The notes under the pieces were generated by a model. That model searched no databases. It was not told where the DNA came from and was given only the letters and a program-made list of their open reading frames with translations. A program made the position numbers and the translations under genes. A stretch of DNA of 64,000 bases from an uncultured Candidatus Rokubacteria bacterium (lineage in GTDB: Bacteria; Methylomirabilota; Methylomirabilia; Rokubacteriales; CSP1-6), in the NCBI GenBank assembly GCA_963789955.1, contig CAWBMV010000001.1, positions 160,001 through 224,000 of the forward strand, written 5' to 3'. The stretch's first letter is position 1; every line of letters starts with the position of its first letter. Shown piece after piece: positions 49,984 through 62,272 of the stretch.

Positions 49984-50454
49984 TCAGCGTCGCGTGCGCC
50001 AGTCCCCCCGCGGCGTTTGAGGCTGACCGTCGGCGACGCGCCGGCGGCGTCGGCCGCGCGCGGCGATATCCTTCGACGTGGGTCCGCTCGGTCCCACCGC
50101 GTCGTCGATTCGATTGCGGACTGCGACCAGCTGCTCGAGCACCAGACGACCGGTCTCGGTCAGCGCCATACCTCGTGACGCGCCCTTGCCCGGCCGAGGC
50201 GCCGTGAGCGGAGCCCCGAGCGCGGCCTCGGCCTGCTTCAAATAGCCCCAGGCATGGCGATACGACCAACCGATCTCCTTCGCCGCGCCGAGGAGCGAGC
50301 CGTGCTCGAGAACGCCGAGCAGGAGCTTCAGGCCCCCGTCGCCGACAACGAAGCGACCGTCTCGCTCCATCCACACCTTCGTCTTGATCACGGTGCCGCG
50401 TGGATGGTCCGGGAGGGCGCTCGCGTCGATGGGTTTCCGTTCGGGCGTTGTCAC
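49984..50454 (-). CDS. ModE-like winged-helix regulator (HTH only)
   Basis: KVWMERDG, GSLLGAAKEIGWSYRHAWGYL, LTETG; no TOBE domain. Confidence 0.8.
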   Translation of the reverse strand: MTTPERKPIDASALPDHPRGTVIKTKVWMERDGRFVVGDGGLKLLLGVLEHGSLLGAAKEIGWSYRHAWGYLKQAEAALGAPLTAPRPGKGASRGMALTETGRLVLEQLVAVRNRIDDAVGPSGPTSKDIAARGRRRRRVADGQPQTPRGDWRTRR

Positions 50455-50532
50455 GTCGCCATTCTACCCGGCTTTCAGCGGCCCGCGCGGGCGTCAGCGC
50501 AATCCACGGCACCGATGGCATAGTAGGCCGCA

Positions 50533-51198
50533 ATGAGTGTCGAAGCCGTGAGCGCCCTCGGTCTGTCGATCCGCGTCGCGATCGCCGCGACCGTGCTGAA
50601 CGCGTTGATCGGAATCCCGGTCGCGTATCTGCTGGCGCGGCGGACCTTTCGCGGCCGCGCGCTGGTCGATCTCCTCGTGACCTTGCCGCTGGTGCTGCCG
50701 CCCACCGTGACCGGCTACTATCTGATCGTCCTGCTGGGCCGGCGCGGCTGGTTCGGCGCGCCGGTCTACGCGCTCACCGGCTGGAGCGTCGCGTTCACGT
50801 GGTACGCCGCCGTGATCGCCGCGACCGTCATGGCGTTGCCGCTCCTGGTGCGCACGGCGCGCGCGGCCATCGAGTCGGTCGATCGCGAGCTGGAGAAGGC
50901 CGCATTTACCCTGGGGCGATCAGAGTGGCACACGGCGCTCGAGGTCACGTTGCCGCTGGCGCGCAACGGCATCATCGCGGGGCTCGTGCTCGCGTTCGCG
51001 CGCGCGCTCGGTGAGTTCGGCGCGACGCTCATGCTGGCCGGCAACATCCCGGGCAAGACGACGACCGTGCCGCTGGCCATCTACAGCGCGGTGCAGACGG
51101 GCGAGATGGGCGAGGCGGTCGTGCTGGTGCTGGCGCTGACCACGCTCTCGTGCCTCGTGCTGGTCCTGGCCGGGCGCCTGGGGGCCCGCGCGACGTGA
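50533..51198 (+). CDS. modB: Molybdate ABC transporter permease
   Basis: LPLVLPPTVTGYYL, FARALGEFGATLMLAGNIPGKT. Confidence 0.92.
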   Translation: MSVEAVSALGLSIRVAIAATVLNALIGIPVAYLLARRTFRGRALVDLLVTLPLVLPPTVTGYYLIVLLGRRGWFGAPVYALTGWSVAFTWYAAVIAATVMALPLLVRTARAAIESVDRELEKAAFTLGRSEWHTALEVTLPLARNGIIAGLVLAFARALGEFGATLMLAGNIPGKTTTVPLAIYSAVQTGEMGEAVVLVLALTTLSCLVLVLAGRLGARAT

Positions 51199-52324
51199 AG
51201 GATCGCTTCTCGGTCGAGATCAAGAAGCGTCTGCCCGGGCTTCGCGCTCGACGTCTCGTGGACGGCGGGCGACGGCGTCGCCGTGCTGTTCGGGCCCTCG
51301 GGCGCGGGCAAGACGCTCACGCTGCAGTGCCTCGCGGGCCTGATCGAGCCCGACGCCGGACACGTCGTCGTGGATGACCGCGTGCTGTTCGACGCGGCGG
51401 CGGGTGTGAATCTGCCGCCGCAGCAGCGGCGTGTCGGCTACGTGTTCCAGGGCTACGCGTTGTTTCCCCATCTGACGGTCGCGGGCAACGTCGGCTTCGG
51501 GCTGCGCGACCGGTCGCGGCACGATCGCGAGCGGCGGGTGTCCGAGGTGCTCGAGCGGCTCGACCTCGGCGGGCTCGCGCACCGCCGACCCTCCGAGCTC
51601 TCCGGGGGCCAGCGCCAGCGCGTGGCGCTCGGGCGGGCGCTCGCGATCGATCCGGCGCTGCTGCTGCTCGACGAGCCGCTCTCGGCGCTCGACTCGCCGC
51701 TGCGCCGCGCGCCTGCGCGACGAGCTGCGTGCGATCCTGAGCGGGTGGGGAACCGCCGCGGTGGTCGTGACCCACGATTTCACCGAGGCCTATCGGCTCG
51801 CCGACCGGATCATCGTGTACGAGAGCGGCCGCGTGATCCAGGCGGCGGCGCGCGCCGAGCTTCTGTGGCAGCCGGCGTCCGAGGCCGTCGCGCGGGTGAT
51901 GGGACTGCGCAACGTGCTCCACGGCACCGTCGTGAAGTCGATGCCCGACCGCATCCAGATCGCCTGGCGCGGTCACGCGCTCGAGGCGGTGAACTCGCCG
52001 ACGCGATCGTACCTGCCGCCGCCCGACAGCCCGATCGCTTTCTTCATCCGCCCCGAATACGTGCGACTGGTCCGCAAAGACCGGAGCGCGCTGGACGCGG
52101 CCCACCACATGAACCAGATGCGCGGCACCGTCGTCGGCGATAGCGACTTCGGTACGGTCTGGTCGTTGCGCCTGCGTCTGGACTCGCCCGGCGTTCCCGC
52201 GCAGGGCGACTTCGACCTGGAGGTCGAGGTCCCCCATCTCGTATACGAGATCCTCGACATCGAGCGCGATCGTCACTGGGAATTCTCGATCCACCGCGGC
52301 TCGATCCACGTTCTGCCGACATGA
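51195..52324 (+). CDS. modC: Molybdate ABC transporter ATP-binding protein (two frameshifts)
   Basis: GPSGAGKT, NLPPQQRRVGYVFQ, LSGGQRQR, LLLDEP; VTHD in the next frame. Confidence 0.82.
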
Positions 52325-53411
52325 CGCCGCCGGCCGTCGTCGAGCTGGACGGCGTCCAGATGATGTACGGCCGGGCGACCGTGCTCGACGTGCCGGCGCT
52401 CGCCGTGAACGAGGGCGAGATCCTGGCCGTCATCGGCCCGAACGGAAGCGGCAAGTCGACGTTGCTGCGCATCGCCGGACTGCTCGAGCGGCCAAGCGCG
52501 AGGTGCTGTTCGGTTCCGCGGCCGGCCGGTCGACGCGGGCAGCTCGCTGGCCGAGCGGCGGCGGATGGCGACGGTGTTCCAGCATCCCCTGCTCGCCGAC
52601 ATGACCGTCGCGCAGAACGTCGCGCTCGGGCTGAAGTTCCGCGGAGTCGGAGACGAGCGCGACGCGCGCGTCAGGCGCTGGCTCGAGCGGCTCGGCATCG
52701 CGACGCTCGCGGGATCAGCGGGCGCGAACGCTCTCGGGGGGCCAGGCCCAGCGCGTGGCGCTGGCGCGCGCGCTCGTGCTCGAGCCGGAGGTGCTGCTGC
52801 TCGACGAGCCCTTCGCCGGTCTCGACGCGCCGACGCGCGCCGAGCTGCTGCCGGATCTCGGCGCGATCTTGCGTCAAGACCGCGTGACCACCATGCTGGT
52901 CACGCACGATCGCGGCGAGGCCCAGGCCCTCGGCGATCGCGTGGCCGTGCTGATGGCCGGGCGTATCGCGCAGCTCGACGAGACCGCGCGCGTCTTCCAC
53001 GCCCCCGCCTCCGAGGTCGTCGCGCGATTCATCGGTGTCGAGACCTTGGTGACGGGCCGCGTGATCGCTCGCGATACCGGCGTCACCGTCGTGGAGGTCG
53101 CGGGGAGGAAGCTCGAGATCGCCGCGCCCGCGACCGTCGGCGATGATGTGCGGCTCGGACTCCGGCCGGAGGACGTCACGCTCGTGCTGCCGACCGAAGT
53201 CGCACCCCTGTCGAGCGCCCGCAACTACCTGACCGGGACGATCGTGCGCGTGACACCCTCGAGCCCAGCCGTCCGGGTCGTCGTCGACGTCGGCTTTCCC
53301 CTCGTGGCGACGGTGACGGCGCGCTCGGTCGCCGATCTCGGCCTGGCCGAAGGCGTTCCCATCATCGCGGCTTTCAAGGCGAGCGCCGTCCACCTGATCG
53401 GCCCGGGGTAG
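52321..53411 (+). CDS. Tungstate/molybdate ABC ATPase with TOBE domain (TupC-like, frameshifted)
   Basis: [29 protein letters not shown]-terminal TOBE ending FKASAVH. Confidence 0.8.
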
Positions 53412-53445
53412 GCCGGGCCCGCGTCGGCCAACAGTCTGATTTACC

Positions 53446-53873
<428 letters not shown>

Positions 53874-53961
53874 CGGTCACGCGTTCTGGGGCCGTCCCCA
53901 CCGGGATTACCGGAAATTGCGGTGCCGGCCTGATCGACCCACTACCTGTTCGGGGCGAAGC

Positions 53962-53991
53962 TTGACACTCCCGGGGATCCGAGGCTATAAG
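53962..53991 (+). promoter_or_regulatory. Sigma70-type promoter
   Basis: TTGACA, 18 bp spacer, TATAAG, upstream of the RBS AGGAGG and ATG 54045. Confidence 0.65.
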
Positions 53992-54044
53992 GAGGCGTCG
54001 ACATCGAGCTGTGACGGTTCCTCCACCGCGCTAGGAGGCCTCGC

Positions 54045-54273
54045 ATGGATCAGGAGTCCCTCATCGAACGATTGACGGCCGAGAACGAGGAGTTCCGGCG
54101 CCTCCGGAGTGAGCATCGTGCTCTACGATCAGGAGCTCGAGGCGCTCAAGGGAATGATCCCGCTCTCGGCAGAGAGCCAGTGGCGTGTCAGCGAGCTGAA
54201 GAAGCTGAAGCTGATGGCCAAAGACCGGATGGAGGCGATCATCCGGCACGCTCGATCCGGCGTCATCGCCTGA
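54045..54273 (+). CDS. YdcH/DUF465 family coiled-coil protein (frameshift near 54123)
   Basis: ENEEFRRLRSEH / YDQELEAL...LKKLKLMAKDRM. Confidence 0.75.
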
Positions 54274-54770
54274 CGGCCGCTCGGCGGGCGCCGTCGTATC
54301 GCGGCCTTTCGCATCTGTCGGCGAAAGGCGACGCCCGCATGGTGGACGTCTCGGACAAACGCGAGACGGTTCGCGAAGCGGTCGCCCGGGCGATTCTTCG
54401 GATGAAGCCCGCGACGCTCCGTGTCATTCGCCAGGGTAACGCCCCGAAGGGTGACGTGCTCGGCGTCGCGCGCACCGCGGGCATCCTCGCCGCCAAGCGC
54501 ACTCCGCAGCTGATCCCGCTCTGTCATCCGCTGCGCATCACCGGTGTCGACGTCACGTTCGGCGACGATCTGAAGCGCGGTGAGCTGACCGTGGAAGCGC
54601 GCGTGCGCACCGTCGACAAGACCGGCGTCGAGATGGAAGCGCTCACCGCCGCCGCGGTCGCGGCGCTCACCGTGTACGACATGGTGAAGGCCGTGGAGCG
54701 CGGCGTGACGATCGCGAAAGTCCAGCTCGTCGAAAAGCTCGGGGGCAAATCCGGCCACTGGCGCCGATGA
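54270..54770 (+). CDS. moaC: Cyclic pyranopterin monophosphate synthase
   Basis: LSHL...ARMVDVSDK, KGDVL, LIPLCHP, TGVEMEALT, YDMVKA, GGKSG. Start is probably CTG 54270. Confidence 0.9.
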   Translation: MTAARRAPSYRGLSHLSAKGDARMVDVSDKRETVREAVARAILRMKPATLRVIRQGNAPKGDVLGVARTAGILAAKRTPQLIPLCHPLRITGVDVTFGDDLKRGELTVEARVRTVDKTGVEMEALTAAAVAALTVYDMVKAVERGVTIAKVQLVEKLGGKSGHWRR

Positions 54771-54896
54771 CGAGCGAGCCAGTCGAACTCCCGGCGGGGC
54801 CCGAAAACCTCCCGCGATGAACATCGCCTTGCGGAGCCGGCTCGCACCTATCTCAGGCCACCCTCGGTCCGAGCCGGGCTCAAGGTCCCCGCTACA

Positions 54897-56027
54897 ATGA
54901 ACAACCGGCGCTGATCTATTCCGACGCGTGGACCCGCTTCGACTACGGTCCGCAGCATCCGCTACGGATGGAACGGCTCGGTCTCACGTGGCGCCTCATG
55001 CAGGCGTACAACCTCACGACGTTGCCGCAGGCCACGGTGCGCGCGCCCGAGCCCGCGCCCGAGAGCGCGATCGCCGTCTATCACGGGACCGACTATCTCG
55101 AGATGCTCAAGGCCTCGAACAGCGGGCAGGCACCCGCGGCGGCCGCGCGCTTCGGTCTCGGCCCCGGCGACAATCCGGTGTTCCCCGGTCTCTGGGACGC
55201 CGCGCGGTTGTGCGCGGCCGGCTCGATCATGGCGGCCGACCTCGTCCTGAACGGCGAGGCGGAGCGCGTCTTCCATTTCGCGGGGGGTCTGCACCACGCG
55301 ATGCCCTCGCGCGCGTCGGGCTTCTGCTACGTCAACGACGCCGTGCTGGCGATCCTCCGATTCCGCGAGCGCGGGCTCCGCGTGCTCTACGTCGACATCG
55401 ACGCCCATCACGGTGACGGGGTGCAGCACGCGTTCTACGGCGACCCGGACGTCCTGACGATCTCGACCCACGAGCGGGGTGACTATCTCTTCCCGGGTAC
55501 CGGGTTCGTCGAGGAGGCGGGGTCGGGCGCCGGGGTCGGCTACTCGGTGAATCTCCCGCTCGAGCCGTTCACCGACTCGGCCGTGTACCTGCCGGCGTTC
55601 GAGCAGGTCGTCCCGCCGCTGTTCGGCGCGTTTCGGCCGGACGTCGTCGTCGCGCAGCTCGGCATCGACTCGCACCGCACCGACCCGCTGACGCACCTGG
55701 CCCTGGACATTCAGGGGTTCACGCGCGCCCTGTCGCGCATCACGGAGCTCTCGCCCAAGCTCGTCTGTCTCGGCGGCGGCGGCTACGACCTGCCCAATGT
55801 CGCGCGCGCGTGGACGTCGGCGTGGGCCGTGCTGAACGGCGTCGAGCTTCCGGCCGCGCTCCCCGCGTCGTTCGCGGCGGACATGAAGCGCTACGAGTTT
55901 CTGACCGACTCGCTCTGGGATCCGCCGGAGCCGCTCCCCGAGCACCGGCTCGTGCGCGCGCAGGAATTCGCCCAGGCGTCAGGTCGACGCGATCCGGCGG
56001 ACCATCTTTCCCTTCCATCGGCTCTAG
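54897..56027 (+). CDS. acuC: AcuC/histone deacetylase family Zn deacetylase (indels near both ends)
   Basis: YGPQHPLRMERL, GDNPVF, GGLHHA, GFCYVND, DIDAHHGDG, HE.G..LFPGTG, GGGGY. The true end IFPFHRL* is in a shifted frame. Confidence 0.85.
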
Positions 56028-56135
56028 AGACGACGCCGTTCGCCTTCAGCGTGAGCCCGGGGTTCCCCCGACTGTAAACCTGGGGGGTATGCGTTACACT
56101 GAGACAGTCGTCGTCACGAGACCGATTGACCGGAC

Positions 56136-58375
56136 ATGAAATTCACCCTGCGGCTCGTCAGCGCGCTCTGGCTCTCGGTGATGCTGGTCATCGGGGCCTT
56201 TGCGTATCTCCAGATCCGCGAGGAGCGTGAGCGGCTCGTCGGCGACCTGCAGCGCCGCGCGATGCTGATCTCGGAAGGGCTCAGCGACGCGATCGAGGCC
56301 GCCGCGGCCAAGCAGTCGCCGGCGGCCATCGAGCGCATCGTCAAGAAGTTCGGTCAGTCGCAGCGCGGGATCGCCGTCTACGATCGGTTCGCCAACCAGC
56401 GGTTCGCCACGCCCGACATCGCGCCGATCCTGCCGCCGTCCCTGCCCGAGGTGACCGAGGCGATCTCGCGGAACTCGGCGACCCAGGGCTACCGGACCTT
56501 GGGCGACCGCGCCGCGTCTTCATCTATGCCACGCCGCTCATCGCCGACGACCAGCCGGTCGGCGCGATCGCGGTGCTGCAGGACGCCTCGCACCTGGAGC
56601 GAGCGGAGTGGGACCGCTGGAGCTATAACGCCGTGCGGTTCCTCGTGTTGGCGTTCGTCATCTCCGTCATCATCGCGCTCGTGGTGAAGTTCAGCATCAC
56701 CCGGCCGATGGCGGAGATCTCGCAGTGGACGCGGGCCCTCCGCAGCGGCCGGCCGGTCCCCCCGCCGCGCAACGTCGCCGACGCCAACATGTTCGGGCCG
56801 CTCGCGCTCGAGGTCTCCCGCCTCGCGCGCAGCATGCAGCGGGCCCAGGCCGCGGCCGAGCAGGAGGCCGCGCTGCGGTTGTCCGGCGAGAGCATCTGGA
56901 CCGAGGAGCGCCTGAAGCAGTTCGTCCAGATGCAGCTCAACGGCCGGCTATTGGTCGTGGTGTCGAACCGCGAGCCGGTGAGCCACGTGTGGCGGGGCGG
57001 CCAGATCCACGCCCAGGCTCCGGCCAGCGGGCTCGTGACCGCGATGGATCCGGTGATGCGCGCGTGCGGCGGTGTCTGGGTCGCGCACGGCAGCGGCGAC
57101 GCCGACCGGGAGACCGTGGACGGCCGCGGCCGCATCGGCGTGCCGGTCGACGATCCGCGCTACACGCTGCGGCGGGTGTGGCTCACGAAGGAGGAGGAGC
57201 AGGGGTACTACTCCGGCTTCTCGAACGAGGGGCTGTGGCCGCTGTGCCACATCGTGCACACGCGCCCGGTGTTCCGGCCCGACGACTGGTCGTACTACCT
57301 CGAGGTGAACCAGAAGTTCGCCGACACCGTGCTGGACCAGATCAAGGACGCCGAGTCGCCCCTGGTGCTCATCCAGGACTATCACTTCGCGCCGCTGTCG
57401 GCGCTCATCAAGGCCGAGCGCCCCGACGCGCGGGTCGCCATCTTCTGGCACATCCCGTGGCCCAACTTCGAGGCGTTCGGGATCTGCCCGTGGCAGCGCG
57501 AGCTCTTGCTCGGCATGCTCGGCGCCGACCTGATCGGCTTCCACACCCAGTACTACTGCAACAACTTCCTGGAGACGGTCGACCGCGCGCTCGAGGCGCG
57601 CATCGACTGGGAGCGCTTCGCGGTGACGCGCGGCGAGCACACGACGTACGTGAAGCCGTTCCCGATCAGCGTCGCGCCCGAGTTCGTCGACGACCCGCTG
57701 CGCGTCTCCCGGGCCGAGCTCCTGCGCCGGCTCGGAATCCAGGCCGAGTTCATCGGGGTGGGGGTCGAGCGCATCGACTACACCAAGGGCTTGCCGGAGC
57801 GGATCCGGGCGCTGCGCTTCTTCTTCGAGACCTATCCCGAATACCGCGAGCGGCTCGTATTCGTGCAGCTCGCCGCCCCCAGCCGCGGGATGATCGATCG
57901 CTACCAGGAGATCCAGCGCGAGGTCGAGGACGGGGTCAGGGAGCTGAACCAGACGTTCCAGACGAAGACATGGCGGCCCTTCCTCTATCTGAAGGCGCAT
58001 CATGAGCACCGCGACATCTGGGCCTACTACCGCCACGCCGACTTCTGCATGGTGACCTCGCTCCACGACGGCATGAACCTGGTGGCGAAGGAGTTCGTCT
58101 CGGTGCGCGACGACGAGGACGGCGCGCTCATCCTGAGCCGCTTCGCCGGCGCCTCGCACGAGCTGCGCGACGCCCTGATCGTGAACCCCTACGACCTCGC
58201 CGGCATGGCCGAGGCAGTACGCGCCGCGCTCGAGATGCAGCCCGAGGAGCGGCGGGCGCGGATGATCCGGATGCGCCATTCGGTCGTCGATCACAACATC
58301 TATCGGTGGGCGGGGCTCCTGCTGAGCGAGCTGGCGCGGATTCCCGTCGAGACCACGGGCGCGAAGGCGTCCTGA
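56136..58375 (+). CDS. otsA: Trehalose-6-phosphate synthase with N-terminal TM-periplasmic-TM-HAMP-like module (frameshift near 56510)
   Basis: SNREP, FSNEGLWPLCH, QDYH, HIPWP, ERIDYTKG, DGMNLVAKE, LSRFAGA; two TM segments and an ITRPMAEI HAMP-like start upstream. Confidence 0.87.
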
Positions 58376-59155
58376 GTCTTCCGGTGCGTCTCCTCGACCG
58401 TCTCGACCGGGAGCTCGGGGAGGGCGCCGGTCTCATCGTGATTCTCGACTACGACGGCACCCTGACGCCGCTGGTCTCGTCGCCCGGCGCGGCGTTCCTG
58501 GCGCCGTCGGTTCGCGCGAACCTCGCGCGCCTGGCCGCGGTCCGATCGAGCGCGTCTCGCCATCCTGTCGGGCCGCGGTCTCGCCGACCTTCGCGCGCGG
58601 GTCGCGCTGGACAACGTCGTCTACGGCGGCTGCCACGGGCTCGAGATCGCCGGCCGGCGTCTTCACTTCCGCCACCCGCGCGCCCATCGGTCGGGCGTGG
58701 CGGCGACCGAGCGCGCCCTGGCGGCCGCGCTCCCCACGGTGCCGGGCGCGCTCCTGGAGTGCAAGGGACTGGTCGTGAGCCTGCACTATCGCCACGTGAT
58801 GCCGGCGCGCCGAGCCGCCGTCCGCGAGATCGCCGAGCAGGTGCTGAGCCGGCGCCCCGATCTGCTACTCATCGCCGGCCATCTCGTCTTCGACTTCATG
58901 CCTCGGATCGGCTGGCACAAGGGCACCGCGGCGCAGTGGATGGTGAGCCGGCTCGTGCGCACCTTGCCCGCGCGTCGGGCGGTCATCGTCTACGCCGGCG
59001 ACGACGCGTCGGACGAGATGGCGTTCGCGGCGCTGCGCGGGCGCGCGCTGACGATTCACGTCGGATCGAAGCCGACGGCCGCCGAGTATCGCGTGCGCGG
59101 CGTGCGGGACGTTCAGGCGCTCCTGCACCGGATGGTCTCCGCGCTGGCCTCGTGA
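58372..59155 (+). CDS. otsB: Trehalose-6-phosphate phosphatase (frameshift near 58545)
   Basis: LDYDGTLTP, LSGR, GCHG, LHYR, KG, GDDASDE. Confidence 0.85.
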
Positions 59156-59159
59156 CGCC

Positions 59160-59828
59160 ATGACGCAGGGCACCGCCACCCGCCCGTTCAAGTTCGCCGG
59201 ATGTGTCGAGCTGCGACAGGCGCTCGACGTCCACGCGCTGGACGTGCGCGAGCTGCGGCAGCGGATCGAGGAGGCGCCCGCCGGCTCGATCTTCTTCCAC
59301 ACGTTCGGCTACTTCCTGCGTCACCGCGTGTTCACCACCGCCTACGGCAACGACTTCGCGCGGTGGGCCGCCAACGAGATCGGCGACCAGGCGCTGGCCG
59401 AGCGCCTCGCCGTCGTCGATCCGTTCGCGTTCTCGAACCTCGACGACCTGCGCGAGCACCTGGTGACGATCCTCCAGGACCATCTGCGCGGCCGCGAGGC
59501 CGAGCGCCGGGTGGAATTCGATCGCGGATTTCACTTCCAGCAGTCGCAGGTCGTCGAGGTCCCGCTCGGGGTGGCGGCCCAAACGCTCGGCGAGTTCCGG
59601 GCCGGCCTGGCGACCGTGGACGAAAGCGCGATCTATCTGCACACGGTGGAGACGCGCGCCCGCCAGCGCCACGCCGAGTCCTTCGCCGACTGGGTGCGCG
59701 AAGCGCTCGAGATGCCAGAGCTCGCCGAGCGGTTCGAGCGGATCGATCCGTACCTGACGACCATCGAGCGGATCCGAGGCCGGCTCCTCGGCCTCGTCGA
59801 CGTGGCGCTCGACGAGGCGCGGCGATGA
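59160..59828 (+). CDS. DUF5752 family protein
   Basis: Two internal repeats SIFFH...NDFARW and AIYLH...SFADWV; DPF/DPY; typical neighbour of TreT genes. Confidence 0.75.
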   Translation: MTQGTATRPFKFAGCVELRQALDVHALDVRELRQRIEEAPAGSIFFHTFGYFLRHRVFTTAYGNDFARWAANEIGDQALAERLAVVDPFAFSNLDDLREHLVTILQDHLRGREAERRVEFDRGFHFQQSQVVEVPLGVAAQTLGEFRAGLATVDESAIYLHTVETRARQRHAESFADWVREALEMPELAERFERIDPYLTTIERIRGRLLGLVDVALDEARR

Positions 59829-61015
59829 GCCGTATCGACGACTACCGTCGCGTCGCGATCCCCGGCGCGGTCGACTTCATTCTGAAGCTCGCCGAGCAGG
59901 TGCAGGGACGGCGCTTCCTCTCCGTGACCGGCGGGCGCCTGGGCGGCGGCGCGGCCGAGGCGCTGCGAACGGCGATGCCGATCCTGAGCGAGCTCGGCGT
60001 CGACACGCGCTGGGAGGTGACCGGCGGCGATACTGCTTACTACACGACAGCGCGCTCTTTACAAGCCGCGCTCGAGGGCGAGGAGCGCGTGCTCAGCGAC
60101 GAGGGGCTCGCGCGCTGGGTGGACATGAACGGGCTCAACGCCAAGAAGCTCGACCTCGAGGCCGACGTGACCGTCGTGCACGACAGCCAGCCGGCCAGTC
60201 TCGTGAGCGCCCGGACCGGCGGCCGGTGGGTCTGGCGCTGCCACTTCGATTGCTCGTCGGCGCAGGCGGGGCCGTGGGCCTTCTTCCGGCGGTTCGCGGA
60301 CCAGTACGACGCCGCCGTCTTCGGGCTCCCCGGGTTCGAGGGACGGCTCGGCATCCCGATGTACATCGTGGCGCCGTCGATCGATCCGCTCTCCGAGCGC
60401 AATCGCGACCTCGCGCCGCGCGAGGTGAGCGAGATCCTCGCCTCGCTCGGGGTGGCGCGCGACAAGCCCCTGCTCGTGCAGGTCGGGCGGTTCGCGCGCG
60501 CGTGCGACCCGCTCGGCGTGATCAACGCCTACCGGCTCGTCAAGAAGCACCACGACGTGCGGCTGGTCCTGGCCGGCACGGCCGACGGCGAGCCGGAGCG
60601 GCTCGAGCTCCTGTCCCAGCTCCTCGAGGCGGCTCACGAGGATCACGACGTGATCGTGCTCGAGCTGCCGCCGGAGGCGCACCGTCAGGTGAACGCGCTG
60701 CAGCGCGCCGCCACGATCGTGCTGCAGAAATCGGTGCGCGCCGAGTTCGACCTCGGTCCGGCGGAGGCGATGTGGAAGGGCAAGCCCGTGGTCGGCGGCT
60801 ACGCCGGCGGGCTCGCGCAGCAGATCATCACGAACGTGACCGGCTACACGGTGCACTCGGTCGAGGGCGCGGCCTTCCGCATCCGCCACCTTCTCAACAA
60901 CCCCGAGCTGATCCCGCGCATGGGCGCGGCGGGGCGCGAGCACGTCCGGCGGTCCTTCCTGATCACACGCGAGCTCGTCGACGGGCTGGCCCTCGGCGTC
61001 CATCTGACGCGATGA
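59825..61015 (+). CDS. TreT-like GT4 glycosyltransferase (donor-binding motifs diverged)
   Basis: [39 protein letters not shown]. Confidence 0.8.
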   Translation: MSRIDDYRRVAIPGAVDFILKLAEQVQGRRFLSVTGGRLGGGAAEALRTAMPILSELGVDTRWEVTGGDTAYYTTARSLQAALEGEERVLSDEGLARWVDMNGLNAKKLDLEADVTVVHDSQPASLVSARTGGRWVWRCHFDCSSAQAGPWAFFRRFADQYDAAVFGLPGFEGRLGIPMYIVAPSIDPLSERNRDLAPREVSEILASLGVARDKPLLVQVGRFARACDPLGVINAYRLVKKHHDVRLVLAGTADGEPERLELLSQLLEAAHEDHDVIVLELPPEAHRQVNALQRAATIVLQKSVRAEFDLGPAEAMWKGKPVVGGYAGGLAQQIITNVTGYTVHSVEGAAFRIRHLLNNPELIPRMGAAGREHVRRSFLITRELVDGLALGVHLTR

Positions 61016-62272
61016 GCGCCGTCGCCGTCGGCCCGGAGCTCCCGCCCGACGTCGACCGGCAGCTCGACGGCCTGCCCCCGGCGGAGCTCGCGGTCGTCGT
61101 CCTGACGTACAACAACGCCGCGACCGTCCCGACGGTCGTCGACGCGATCCGCGGCGGCCTCGAGAAGCACCTCACCGGCACGCCGGCCGTCCTGATCAAC
61201 GCCGACGCCGGCTCGTCGGACGCCACCGTGGAGCGGCTCGCCGACAGCGGGCTGCCGTTCGTGCGGGCCCAGCACGAGGCGCCGGCGGCGCGAGCTCGGC
61301 GCGGTGCCGTTTCACGGAGTGCCCGGACGCGGCGCGGCGCTGCGTCTGGCCGTCGGGGTCGCGCGCCGGCTCGGCGTTCGCGCGCTGCTCGTGCTCGAAG
61401 CGGACGTCACGTCGGTCACCGGCGAGTGGATCGAGCGACTCGTCCGGCCCGTGCTCGCGCACGGCGCCGATCTCGTGATGCCCGTGCACGCGCGCCACCG
61501 GTACGACGGCACGATCACCAATCTCGTGCTGGCTCCGCTCGTCGGCGCGCTGCTCGGCCGGCGGCTGCACCAGCCGCTCTCCGGCCCGCGCGCGCTCTCG
61601 GCGCGCCTGATCGAGCGCGTCACGGCGGTGCCCCAGTGGCCCGAGTCGGGCCGCAGCGTGACGGATCTCTGGATCACCGGCACCGCCCTCGCCGACGGCC
61701 TGTCGGTCCACGAGGCGCGGCTGGGCCGATGGCGGGTCGAGTCGAGTACGCGCACCGTCGACCTGCCGACGATGGTCGCGCAGACCCTGGGCGCCGTCTT
61801 CGCGCTGATGGACGACTACGAGGATCTGTGGCTCGATACCCCGATCGGCCCGCCCGTTCCGGCCGAGGGGCCGCCGGTCCTGCCGTCGGACGAGCCGGTG
61901 CAGATCGACGTCGAGCGCATGGTGGGCGCGTTCGCGCGAGGCCTGCGCGACCTCGGCACGATCTGGGAGCACGTGCTGGCGCCCGACACACTGGGCGACG
62001 TCATGAGCCTCGAGACGGACGACGTCGAGCGCTTCCGCTTCTCGGACGATCTGTGGGCGCGCGTGGTCTACGACTTCGCGCTCGGTCATCACTGGAGCGT
62101 CGTGTACCGCGATCACCTGCTGCGCTCGCTGGTGCCGCTCTATCTCGGCCGGACCGCCGCCTTCGTGCTGGCGACGCGCCGGCGCGACGCGATGGCGGCC
62201 GAGAGCGCCCTCGACGCCGTCGCCACCGCGTTCGAGCGGGAGAAGGCCTACCTGGTGGACCGCTGGCGATGA
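61012..62272 (+). CDS. GT-A glycosyltransferase, glucosylglycerate/mannosylglycerate synthase-like (frameshift near 61290)
   Basis: [54 protein letters not shown]. Confidence 0.75.

Noticed and set aside
54045..54770. YdcH-MoaC fusion ORF
   Set aside because: The YdcH C-terminus and its own stop (54273) lie in another frame, so the fusion is an indel artefact.
56056..56100. Short dyads upstream of otsA (CGGGGTTCCCCCG and similar)
   Set aside because: Short, GC-rich and imperfect; cannot be distinguished from chance.
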